A stretch of 64,000 bases of DNA from Candidatus Eremiobacteria bacterium (lineage in GTDB: Bacteria; Vulcanimicrobiota; Vulcanimicrobiia; Vulcanimicrobiales; Vulcanimicrobiaceae). The stretch lies in assembly GCA_963737065.1 (NCBI GenBank), contig CAVTRC010000001.1, forward strand, positions 1,184,001-1,248,000, in the 5' to 3' direction. Under the pieces are notes generated by a model. It saw nothing but the letters and a program-made list of their open reading frames with translations, was not told the DNA's origin and made no database searches. A program made the position numbers and the translations under genes. The first letter of the stretch is position 1. Each line of letters begins with the position of its first letter. Below, in pieces: positions 20,149 through 30,916 of this stretch.

Positions 20149-22509
20149 GTGCCGCCGTACGCTTTACTGTGGATGGCGGGTGCAACGGTGGCAGGCGTGC
20201 TGATCGCGTCGCCGTTGTCCTCCGCCGACCGGATCATCGTTGCAATCGCCGTCGCAGTTGGCGCCGCCGCGTTTTTCCGGTTCCCGCGCGAAACCCGGCA
20301 GCTTCGTGCCCTCACCGCTGCCGCCCTCGTCTGCGCCGGCTTCTATGCGCACGTGCGCGAAACCGGCGCCCCGTCCGTTATTCCCACGCGAACGGCTCGT
20401 TTCACGGCCGACGTCATCGACGAGCGCGCGCCGGAGGGCGACGTTCATACGTACATGATTGCAATCGACCGCGGTCCGCGCGTTCTTGCGTCGTTCATGC
20501 ACGCGGTACCGCTCGGCGCGCGTATCCTCGTTCGCGGCCGTCTCGAGCCGCTCGACGACGCACGCAATCCCGGCGAGCCGAGCGAACGCGCGATCGAAGC
20601 CGAGCACGGGATCACCGGCCGTCTCGCGAGTGCGGCGGTTTTGCACGTCATCGATCGACGCTCGCAATCGTTCGGAGCACGCCTTGCGCAACTTCACGCG
20701 ACCGCGCTTATGCTGCTTCGCGATCATCTCCCGGAACCCGGGGCGTCAATCGTCGCAGGCGAACTTTGGGGCGACCGCAGCGCATTGCCGCCCGAACTTC
20801 GCGCCGAGTTTCAAGAAACGGGAACCGTACACGTTCTCGTTACGGCGGGCTTGCATGTCGGGTTGATCGCGTGGCTCGTCGCGATGCTGTGCGCGCGTCT
20901 GACGGTTCCGCGCGCGTACGGATGTATCGCAGCAATCGTTGCCGTTTGGCTTTTCGCGTGGTTCAGCGGGCATAATTTGCCCGCTATACGAGCGGCAACG
21001 ATGGCAACCGCAATGCTCGCTGCAAGGGCATTCGGGCGTGCCGCACTATCGTGGAATTCGCTCGCGCTCGGCGCGATAGCCGTCGCGCTGATTCTTCCGT
21101 CGAGCATTGCCACGCCATCGTTCTGGCTCTCCTTCTGTTGTGTCGGCGCAATTTTCGTTTGTGTGCCGGCGCTCGAACCACTCGTCGATCGCTTTGCGTT
21201 GAACGAACGCGCGCGCGAAGCACTGCTCCTGACCCTCGCGACACAACTCGGAACGTGGCCGATCACGGCAGCAACGTTCCTTCAGTTTTCACCGTATGCC
21301 GTGCTCGCCAACGTCGCCGTCGTGCCGCTCGTTCCGCTGACGATGCTGCTCGGAATCGCTCAACTCGTTATGACGCCGCTCGCTCCGTTCGCGCAAGCAT
21401 TCGCCAACATCAATTCATGGCTTCTTGCGTGGATGGTGGGCGCGGTTCATCTGCTCGCAACGCTTCCGGGCGCGGTCATCCGCATGACGCCCGCTCCGAC
21501 GTGGTGCATCGCCGTATACGAAGGCGCATTGATTGCAGCGGCGATGCTTGCCGTCCGCCGCGCGCTCACCGCGTCGATTTCGATTCTGATCGCGGCAATA
21601 TCGCTCGTCTTGCTTCCACCGAGTACGGTCGACTCGCGCCTTCGTATCACCGTACTCGACGTCGGACAGGCCGACGCAATCGTCATTCAGACGCCGGCAC
21701 ACCATACGATTATGGTTGATTCCGGCGGACGGCTCGAACGAGGCCCTCAGAACGGCGCTTCGCCAGCAGAACGTATCGGCGAACGCATCGTCGTACCATT
21801 TCTCTTACGACAGGGCATCCACCAGGTGGACGCACTCATCATCTCGCATCCGCACGGCGATCACGTGGCCGGCTGCGCCCCGGTGCTACGCGCATTACGA
21901 GTCGAGGAGATTGCGGATAGCGGACAAACGTATGGAGGGCACGCGTACCATGATTGCCTCGAAACGGCTGCAGCGGATCATGTGCCGGTCGTGCAACCCC
22001 GCGCTGGATCGGTGTGGCGCACGGACGATGGCATTACGTTAACGTTCATCGGTCCGTCATTGCCCTTTATCGACGGAAAGAACGCAATCAACGACAACTC
22101 GATCGCGTTCATTCTTCAGTATCGCTCGTTCCGAATGTTGTTCACCGGCGATGCAGGCGTTGCGGCAGAACGTCGGTTTCTCGATGAAGGCATCGATCTT
22201 CGCGCCGACGTGCTAAAGGTCGGCCATCACGGGTCTGCTTACAGTTCATCGCCCGAATTCATTTCCGCCGTCCATCCACGCTACGCAATTATCTCGGTCG
22301 GTCGGCATAACATGTTCGGTCATCCCGCGCCCTCCACAATCGCAACCCTCCAAAGCTCGGCCATTTCAGTCTACCGTACCGACGAGAACGGCGCCGTCGT
22401 GATTAACACCGATGGTTCGGGGCAACTATCGATCCGTTCACAAATTATTCAAACGACGCTTGACGTCCTCATTCGCACCGGTGGGGCGTCCAACCGAAAA
22501 ACGTTGTAG
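20149..22509 (+). CDS. comEC: DNA internalization competence protein ComEC/Rec2
   Basis: RNPGE, GTVHVLVTAGLHVG competence domain, and MBL domain (LDVGQADA, SHPHGDH, LKVGHHGS, YRTDENGA). Confidence 0.95.
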   Translation: MPPYALLWMAGATVAGVLIASPLSSADRIIVAIAVAVGAAAFFRFPRETRQLRALTAAALVCAGFYAHVRETGAPSVIPTRTARFTADVIDERAPEGDVHTYMIAIDRGPRVLASFMHAVPLGARILVRGRLEPLDDARNPGEPSERAIEAEHGITGRLASAAVLHVIDRRSQSFGARLAQLHATALMLLRDHLPEPGASIVAGELWGDRSALPPELRAEFQETGTVHVLVTAGLHVGLIAWLVAMLCARLTVPRAYGCIAAIVAVWLFAWFSGHNLPAIRAATMATAMLAARAFGRAALSWNSLALGAIAVALILPSSIATPSFWLSFCCVGAIFVCVPALEPLVDRFALNERAREALLLTLATQLGTWPITAATFLQFSPYAVLANVAVVPLVPLTMLLGIAQLVMTPLAPFAQAFANINSWLLAWMVGAVHLLATLPGAVIRMTPAPTWCIAVYEGALIAAAMLAVRRALTASISILIAAISLVLLPPSTVDSRLRITVLDVGQADAIVIQTPAHHTIMVDSGGRLERGPQNGASPAERIGERIVVPFLLRQGIHQVDALIISHPHGDHVAGCAPVLRALRVEEIADSGQTYGGHAYHDCLETAAADHVPVVQPRAGSVWRTDDGITLTFIGPSLPFIDGKNAINDNSIAFILQYRSFRMLFTGDAGVAAERRFLDEGIDLRADVLKVGHHGSAYSSSPEFISAVHPRYAIISVGRHNMFGHPAPSTIATLQSSAISVYRTDENGAVVINTDGSGQLSIRSQIIQTTLDVLIRTGGASNRKTL

Positions 22510-23270
22510 CGGTAGGTGATACTGTTTTTGTTGTCGTCCGTGACGACGACGAAGAAATAATGGCCTTGCATATAGTTGTGCTCGCCCTGACCTAGGGGTG
22601 CGAGATTCGCCGGATGCGCATGCGGGTCGGGCGACAAATTGATGTGTTTGCTTTCGTCGCCGTTGTTCATTGAGACGGAATAGATCGTAGCGGGTGCGTA
22701 CCTATCGGCTCGTCCGAAGCAGCACCAGTCGTCGATGTATGCGCGATCACCAATAACGCCCAAGAGAGTACTATCGCTCAAAGCATGCTTGACGATCGGC
22801 TTGAGGTGTGCCGAATCAATGATCAAAAGCTGGTTTTCCATTGCCGCGCCATCGGTATAACCGCTGACTGCAATGGCATGGGCTCCCGCGGCCGTGACGC
22901 TTTCGACACTGTACATCCACGTCGGAAGCGAATGAAGGGTGCGCATGTCCGAATCCACGACGAGTACCGCGCCGCCGACGCCATGTGCAGTGGCCACGTT
23001 GCGGCAGCCGATGTATAGTTGCCCATTCACTTCAGCAGCCGTTGAAACGAAGGCACCTGGCCCACACACTCTAGCCTTTTTTGCAAGCGCGAGCAAACCT
23101 TGATCCGCTTCGGGCACAACAGGGCTTGGCGCGACCGGCAAACCGGCAGTCGGAATCGGACTGGGTGACGCCACCCTCGATGTCGCCACCGTTTGGCCAC
23201 CGCCGCGCGAACACGCAGCAATCATTGCCGCAAACAATAATGCGCTAGTCCGCAATAACGACAACGCCAT
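22449..23270 (-). CDS. Hypothetical lipoprotein
   Basis: Lipobox-like IAAC after a hydrophobic leader, followed by a Pro/Ser linker. Codon usage is less GC-skewed than in the core genes. Confidence 0.65.
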   Translation of the reverse strand: MALSLLRTSALLFAAMIAACSRGGGQTVATSRVASPSPIPTAGLPVAPSPVVPEADQGLLALAKKARVCGPGAFVSTAAEVNGQLYIGCRNVATAHGVGGAVLVVDSDMRTLHSLPTWMYSVESVTAAGAHAIAVSGYTDGAAMENQLLIIDSAHLKPIVKHALSDSTLLGVIGDRAYIDDWCCFGRADRYAPATIYSVSMNNGDESKHINLSPDPHAHPANLAPLGQGEHNYMQGHYFFVVVTDDNKNSITYRYNVFRLDAPPVRMRTSSVV

Positions 23271-23346
23271 AACTCGTCCTGTTGGTCGATGCCTCCGGTC
23301 GCCCTGCCATGGCAACGATTATGTGAGTAAAAGACCTTATGAGATC

Positions 23347-23645
23347 ACGTACGGCGGACGCGCGTATCATGATTGTCTCAATACCGCAGAGCCGATCACG
23401 TGCCGATGGTGCAACCACGCACGCGGATGGCTTGGCGAACCGACGACGGCGTAACGCTAACCTTCATAGGCCCATCGCTTCCGTTCATCGGCAGCAGAAA
23501 CGGGGTCAACGATAACTGCGGTTACGTTGGTAGGCACAACATGTTTGTCATTCCGCCTGCGCTATGCTTCAAACACTGCAACGATTCGGAGCGCAATTAT
23601 ACCGAACCGACCAGAATGGTGCCACTACTATCGTTACGAGCGGAG
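23347..23645 (+). pseudogene. Degenerate, internally deleted copy of the comEC 3' (MBL) end
   Basis: Across frames it reads YGGRAYHDCL, DHVPMVQPR, WRTDDGVTLTFIGPSLPFI, NDN, VGRHNMF and LYRTDQNGA, matching comEC ~21931-22410. Confidence 0.88.
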
Positions 23646-24034
23646 AAAGCCCCGCTATCGTGCCGGAATTGCCTCGTTGATTTTGTTCGGCGGCAGGCGT
23701 CGTTCGAGAATTTTTGCTACGAGCGCGTATTCGGCGACCTCCCCAGCGTTTGTTTTTTCTAGCCACGTCGACTTAACGAATGGCATCGCGAAGCAAAACA
23801 CGCGATCGATTTTATAGAGGCGACGCCGTTGAAGTCTCGGCGGAATACGGCGAATTGGAGAGACAACCGGCAATCGACGATCCTGCAGTGCCGATGGAAA
23901 GCTTATTTATGGTTGCGCACGGTGCCTTAGGTCACCCGAGTGTGATCCCCTGGCGGCTGCTTCGTCTATCGCGAAATCTCGCTTCGCAGCGTGGTAGACT
24001 TGGTTCGACCGTGTGGTTTCGGGCAAACGTATGG

Positions 24035-25912
24035 ATGATGAGTAGCCGCTCGACCGCCACTTCCTCGCTTGCCCTTGGCGCACTGGGTGTGGTTTTCGGT
24101 GATATCGGGACGAGCCCACTCTACGCGTTCCGCCAATGTTTCTTCAGCAGCCTCCACATCGCCCCAACTCGAGAGAATATATTCGGCATCCTCAGCTTGA
24201 TTTTGTGGTCGTTGATCGTTATCGTGTTTGTCCGGTACATCGGCATGGTAATGCGCGTTAACCACGACGGCGAAGGCGGGATCCTCGCGCTGTTGGCGCT
24301 CGTTTTGCCTCCGGTGCGACGCGGCATCCCGCCGCAAGCGACGTGGCTGACGTTTCTTATCCTGGTCGGAGCCGGAATGCTTTTCGGTGACGGCGTCATT
24401 ACGCCGGCAGTGTCGGTGCTGTCATCAGTCGAGGGGCTGAGCATAGCCACATCGGCTGCGCAGCCGATCATCGTGCCACTTACCGTAGGTATTCTCGCGG
24501 CTCTCTTTTTCGTTCAAAACCGCGGAACGCATCGGATCGGAGCGTTCTTCGGCCCTGTCATGCTGATCTGGTTTCTCACGATCGCTGCACTCGGCATCCG
24601 CGGAATCATTCAGTACCCAACGACCTTAGGCGCAATCAACCCGCTGTTCATCGTAGCGTTCTTTGAACATCATGGACCTTCCGCGGTCTTGATCTTCGGG
24701 GCGATCGTCCTTTGCGTTTCCGGAGTAGAAGCGCTCTACGCTGACATGTCTCATTTCGGACGTTCTCCCATTGCGCTGGCATGGACGAGCATCGTTTTTC
24801 CCGCGTTAGTATTGAACTACTTCGGCCAAGCCGCACTCGTATTGACGCGTCCTGAAACAATCGCCAACCCGTTCTTCGGTCTGGTTCCGACGATCGCTCT
24901 CTATGCCGTCGTTGGCATAGCCACAGCTGCCACCATTATTGCATCGCAAGCACTGATATCCGGTGCCTTTACCCTAGCGAAGCAGGCAATTCAGCTCGGT
25001 TTCATTCCTCGTCTTCGCGTCATTTATACTTCACATCGGCACCGCGGACAGGTCTACGTTCCGACGGTAAACGTGTTGCTCGCTGTATGCTGCATTGCAT
25101 TGGTCATCGGTTTTCGCAGTTCGGAAAGACTCGCGAATGCCTACGGGCTTGCCGTTGCCGTCACAATGGTCGTAACTTCGATCGCCTACTATGTCGTCGT
25201 GCGGGAAAAATTCGGCTGGAGTATGGCCAAAGCGCTCTTCTGCTCCGTGCCTTTCGTGGCTATAGAACTATCCTTCGTTGGTGGCAGTTTACCGAAGATA
25301 GCCGAAGGCGGCTGGATTCCGCTGGCGATAAGTTTCATCGTGTTCGCAATTGCGAGTACCTGGCGCACCGGACGGCGGCGAATAGCTCAGAGCTACGTTG
25401 CGCAGTCAGTTCCGGTCGAGGAATTCCTTGCCGGTGTGCGAGGGCGCCTAGGAACGCCACTGCATGGGACGGCGGTGTTCCTAACGGGCGATTCCGAGGG
25501 GGTGCCTTTTGTATTGCACCATCACTGGGCGCGAATGCGCAGCGTCGACGAGCGAATCGTGCTTCTGACGGTTTTACCTGCGACTGATCCATATGTGCGA
25601 AACGAAAACCGCGTAACCGTCGAACGCGTAGCGGATAACCTGATACGCGTGACTGCATGTTTCGGCTTCATGGAGCGGCTCTCCATCACGCCCATTGTAC
25701 GAGGCTGTGCGGCGTTCGGACTCCACCTTGATGATGCGGACACGACGTACTATGCCTCTGATCCGCTAATCGTGCCAAAAAAGCAGGGGCAGTGGCGCGC
25801 GTGGCGGCGCGCACTTTTCGTCTTCATGCACCGCAACTCACGCCCGATCACCGCAAGCCTCGGAATCCCGGCCGATCAGATCGCCAAGCTCGGCCTGCGC
25901 GTACCTATGTAA
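24035..25912 (+). CDS. kup: KUP/HAK/KT potassium transporter
   Basis: LGVVFGDIGTSPLYA, GEGGILAL, GDGVITPA and EALYADMSHFG motifs. Confidence 0.95.
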   Translation: MMSSRSTATSSLALGALGVVFGDIGTSPLYAFRQCFFSSLHIAPTRENIFGILSLILWSLIVIVFVRYIGMVMRVNHDGEGGILALLALVLPPVRRGIPPQATWLTFLILVGAGMLFGDGVITPAVSVLSSVEGLSIATSAAQPIIVPLTVGILAALFFVQNRGTHRIGAFFGPVMLIWFLTIAALGIRGIIQYPTTLGAINPLFIVAFFEHHGPSAVLIFGAIVLCVSGVEALYADMSHFGRSPIALAWTSIVFPALVLNYFGQAALVLTRPETIANPFFGLVPTIALYAVVGIATAATIIASQALISGAFTLAKQAIQLGFIPRLRVIYTSHRHRGQVYVPTVNVLLAVCCIALVIGFRSSERLANAYGLAVAVTMVVTSIAYYVVVREKFGWSMAKALFCSVPFVAIELSFVGGSLPKIAEGGWIPLAISFIVFAIASTWRTGRRRIAQSYVAQSVPVEEFLAGVRGRLGTPLHGTAVFLTGDSEGVPFVLHHHWARMRSVDERIVLLTVLPATDPYVRNENRVTVERVADNLIRVTACFGFMERLSITPIVRGCAAFGLHLDDADTTYYASDPLIVPKKQGQWRAWRRALFVFMHRNSRPITASLGIPADQIAKLGLRVPM

Positions 25913-25992
25913 AACTACCGCATGAGGAGCTCGCCTTCGTTACGCTCACAGCCGCGGTATTACTCGACGATGCAACCTCGGGCGCGTGCGAG

Positions 25993-26830
25993 ATGAACAC
26001 CGCCGGCGACGCAAACGTGGTCGTGCATCTGGTGGACGGAACGTACGAGCTGTTCCGGCATTTCTACGGTTTACGCCGCGCAGGAACCGATAAACGTGCT
26101 CGGTTTGGCGCTGTTGCCGGCGTGCTTAATACCGTCCTTCGGATGATCGCGGATGGTGCCACGCACATCGGCGTTGCAACCGATCACGTTATTGAGTCTT
26201 TTCGCAATGAGTTGTGGCCCGGATACAAAACGGGAGAAGGCGTCGACCGCGCCCTTCTGGTGCAATTCCAACCGCTCGAAGACGCATTGCGCGCGATGGG
26301 CATTGTGGTATGGCCGATGGTCGATCTCGAGGCCGACGACGCGTTGGCGTCTGCTGCTGAAATTGCGAACGGCGATTCTCGCGTTGAGAAGATTTGCATT
26401 TGGACGCCGGACAAAGATCTTGCGCAGTGTGTTCGCGGCGAACCGCATCGTGCAAGTTGACCGAAGGAGCAAAACCATTCGCGATGCCGCCGGCGTGCGA
26501 TCGAAGTTCGGCGTCGAGCCGGAGCTTATCCCCGATTATCTAGCGCTCGCCGGCGATACTTCGGACGGGTATCCCGGCGTAAAGGGCATCGGAGCAAAGG
26601 GCGCGGCGTCTCTCGTCACGCGTTATGGCAAAATCGAGGATTTTCCGCCGGACGTGCTGGGCAAGCACCGCGCGGACGCGTTACTCTTCAAGGAACTCGC
26701 AACACTTCGAACGGACGCGAAGCTCTACGCCAGCGTTGACGAGCTGCGGTGGCACGGCCCGACCGCAGAGTTCGCATCGGTGTGCGCGCGTTTCGGTATA
26801 TCGGACGTCCTTGCGCGCGTTGCCCGATAG
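25993..26830 (+). CDS. 5'-3' exonuclease / flap endonuclease (PIN-like + H3TH), +1 frameshift near 26440
   Basis: LVDGTYELFR, EADDALAS and TPDKDL in one frame; DYLALAGDTSDGYPGVKGIG in the next. Confidence 0.88.
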
Positions 26831-26995
26831 CGGAGAGACGTCGCCATCGGCCGCAGCGGCCGATCGTCGGCGATCTTTGTCCACGAAAAGATGAAACTTT
26901 TCGTGTAGTCTCGGAGTTCTAGGGCAATAGCCTCTCCAATGCGCGATCTTTCGAGTGGTCGATGAATTGCGCCCACCGATAAAGATTGGTTCTCC

Positions 26996-28189
<1,194 letters not shown>

Positions 28190-28210
28190 GCCCACTGAAG
28201 AGGATGTGTT

Positions 28211-28504
28211 ATCGCTACTCGCAATCGCGCCCCGAAAACCCGTGACGTCAAGCCGCACAGCGTCGACCGTAAAGAGGCGCCGCTTGAAGTTTATGGCAGC
28301 GTCAAGCAAGTCTTCCCGAGCACCACGTTCTCGGTGGAACTTGACAACGGCCACACGATTCTCGCCCACATTGCAGGGCGTCTGCGCCGGCACCGCATCA
28401 AGATTCTTCCAGGCGATCGCGTGGACGTCGAACTGTCGCCATACGATTTGACGAAGGGACGCATCGTGTACCGCTACCGCGCGGGAGAAGCACGCCGAAA
28501 CTAG
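28211..28504 (+). CDS. infA: Translation initiation factor IF-1 (absent from the ORF track; start uncertain)
   Basis: Manual translation gives [69 protein letters not shown], with TAG at 28502-28504. Confidence 0.93.
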   Translation: MATRNRAPKTRDVKPHSVDRKEAPLEVYGSVKQVFPSTTFSVELDNGHTILAHIAGRLRRHRIKILPGDRVDVELSPYDLTKGRIVYRYRAGEARRN

Positions 28505-30573
28505 ATCGATCGATCTCCCAGCTCCTTCATGAGAAATTCGGTGCCGGCTTGGTTCGCCTGCAGCCACGAATTCCAGCGCTCGAAGCCGTGCGTCTCGTTC
28601 GGAATAACGACCTGCTCCATATGCACGTTGGTCTGCTTCAAACGCTCTACCAGATCGACCATTTGGTGAAAATGTACGTTGCGATCGTCGTCGCCTTGAA
28701 TCAAAATTACGGGCGATCTCCATGTCGAGATGTAGGCGTCCGGTGATGAGAGCCAAGCCGTTCGCATGAAACGCTTCATATTGGGCTGCTCGTAGCGTTT
28801 GACTTGCCCCTCGAACCATTCCGGAAACATCGACCAGTCATGGACGCCATGCCGATCGTAGCCGGCTTTGAAGATGTCGGAATTTTTCGAGAGCGCCATC
28901 GCGGTTAAGTATCCGCCGTACGAGCCGCCCCAAATGCCGAGCCGGTTGGGATCGACATGCGGAACGTGCTGCAAGTACCGCGCGCCTGCAACGACGTCTT
29001 GATATTCCGATGCACCGGCTGGACCCGCGTGCGGCGGATGGTGAAAGTCGTGACCGTAGCCGATACCGAGGCGATAATTGACGGACAGTACGGCAAATCC
29101 GTGGTTTGCTAGGTACTGGTTCGTCGCGTAATCGTAGCTGTAGTAGTCGAAGTAATGATAGGTCAACAGCATTTGGCGCGGCGGCCCGCCGTGCACGTAA
29201 ATGAGCCCGGGAACGGATCGGTGTGCATTCGCCGGCATGAAGAGCTGCCCGTGAATGAGCCGGCCGTCTTTGCTGCGGAACGTTACCTCCTTCGGCGTCA
29301 CCATCGACGCTGCCGGAAAATCGTCCGGAATCTGGGCGGCATCGAGCGTCGTCGTGTTGTGCACGATCGTCATCGGTGTGCGCGCACCCGCTTGAACGTA
29401 GGCGACGCCGTCGGCTGTCGCAGCGGGCCACCATTCGCTGTTCGTACCGTGCGTGACCTGAACCGGTGTTCCGCCGTCGACGGAAACGCGGAAGATGTGG
29501 CGGCGATCGTCATCGCCGGGAAGGTTGCCGCTGTCCGCCGTGTAGTACAGCGTTTTCATGTCCGGTGAAAGCGCCGTGTCCTCGATCATGTATTTTTCGC
29601 TCGTCAACGGCCGCGCCGCTTGCGGTGAACCACGCGAAAAACCATTGGCGGAAACCGTATAGAGCTGCGGCCAGTTCGTCCGCTCCGAAATGAACGCGAG
29701 CCGCTCACCAGCAACCCACTGAAGCTGCGGCCCATTGATCTCCGGCAGTGAATCGCGAAGCGTCTTTTCGCTTTGCCACGCGACGTGCGTCTGACCCGAA
29801 GCTGCGTTGCCCACGACGATCGACCACGGCATCGGATACTGCGCGAGCGGGTCTTTCGGCGGTCCGCCCGAGCCGCCGATGCGCACGAATGCGAGTTGCC
29901 TACTGTCCGGCGACCACTTCGGCGAGAAGTCGTGATTGGTGGTCGGCGTGAGGAATACGAGTGGATTGCTCTCGCCGCTGTAGACGCCGATGAACGAGTG
30001 ATCGCCGCGATCCGACGTAAACGCGAGCGCATGTCCGTCGGGCGACCACGTTATATCGCCATCGTTGCCGCGATCGAAGAAGTATGGCGCTGCGGTCTTA
30101 CTTCCATCAAGCGGCGCGACCCATATTTTGTTGTCGGGATCGTGAACGAATGCAAGACGCGCATTGTCGGGTGAGATCGCGGGCGCATCCCCCTCCGCAA
30201 TGACCTTCGGCGCGCCGCCCGTAGTCGCAAGCGACATCACTTGCATCTGCGGTTTTTGGTGATCGCGCAGATCAGGATTCGGCCACGGACGCTCCGGCCA
30301 ATTCGCGTCGTGATTTCCGCCGCGCACGTAAACCACGTATTCTCCGTCGTTCGAAATCGCGAGATCGCTGATTTCTTGGCCGTCGTCGGTTCCGGACGTC
30401 CAAAGCATATGCGGCGTAAACGCGGGCGCTCGGGCAAACCAGACGCTGTGCACGCCTTTTTCGTTCAATACGTAGGCGATGCTCTTGCCGTCTGCTGAAC
30501 TGACGAGCGCGTTCGGAAACGGATAACTCAGCGCTTGGGCGAGCGAAAAAAGCGCTGCAACGATCAGATGCAT
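28501..30573 (-). CDS. S9 family peptidase (DPP IV/acylaminoacyl-like, secreted)
   Basis: WSPD propeller repeats, VHGGP, WGGSYGG, DDRNV and ETHG motifs. Confidence 0.92.
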   Translation of the reverse strand: MHLIVAALFSLAQALSYPFPNALVSSADGKSIAYVLNEKGVHSVWFARAPAFTPHMLWTSGTDDGQEISDLAISNDGEYVVYVRGGNHDANWPERPWPNPDLRDHQKPQMQVMSLATTGGAPKVIAEGDAPAISPDNARLAFVHDPDNKIWVAPLDGSKTAAPYFFDRGNDGDITWSPDGHALAFTSDRGDHSFIGVYSGESNPLVFLTPTTNHDFSPKWSPDSRQLAFVRIGGSGGPPKDPLAQYPMPWSIVVGNAASGQTHVAWQSEKTLRDSLPEINGPQLQWVAGERLAFISERTNWPQLYTVSANGFSRGSPQAARPLTSEKYMIEDTALSPDMKTLYYTADSGNLPGDDDRRHIFRVSVDGGTPVQVTHGTNSEWWPAATADGVAYVQAGARTPMTIVHNTTTLDAAQIPDDFPAASMVTPKEVTFRSKDGRLIHGQLFMPANAHRSVPGLIYVHGGPPRQMLLTYHYFDYYSYDYATNQYLANHGFAVLSVNYRLGIGYGHDFHHPPHAGPAGASEYQDVVAGARYLQHVPHVDPNRLGIWGGSYGGYLTAMALSKNSDIFKAGYDRHGVHDWSMFPEWFEGQVKRYEQPNMKRFMRTAWLSSPDAYISTWRSPVILIQGDDDRNVHFHQMVDLVERLKQTNVHMEQVVIPNETHGFERWNSWLQANQAGTEFLMKELGDRSI

Positions 30574-30654
30574 GCTCGCGCATTTCTTTCAGCTTCGCAC
30601 GGTCGCCTGTACGTATGGCAGGGCGCCGCGGCACGAGCCTTGTAGCGGTGAAGA

Positions 30655-30912
30655 ATGGACAAGCACGATGAAATCCGAGCGTCGTTTCCGGGTGATGCGC
30701 TTCGCGCCGCGATCCCTCCAACGCACGAAGCTCGCGGATCAATCGATGGACTCGAAGCTGAGCTACGCGGCCCGGCGCCGCAACGCGCTTCGCTCGAGCA
30801 GCACGTCGGCGCGCTTCGCTCGGTTCGTGAATTGGAAGCGACGATTGCAAATTGGTGGGACAGCCCGAGCACCCAAGAGTTCATCGCCGATCTCACGAGA
30901 ATCGGGCTGTAA
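30655..30912 (+). CDS. Small hypothetical protein
   Basis: 85-aa ORF with a helical composition that fills the gap between two peptidase genes. Confidence 0.6.
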   Translation: MDKHDEIRASFPGDALRAAIPPTHEARGSIDGLEAELRGPAPQRASLEQHVGALRSVRELEATIANWWDSPSTQEFIADLTRIGL

Positions 30913-30916
30913 GACA

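Noticed and set aside
23760..24034. c-di-AMP (ydaO) riboswitch upstream of kup, or an N-terminal extension of Kup
   Set aside because: No recognisable riboswitch motifs by eye, and Kup homology starts near 24035.
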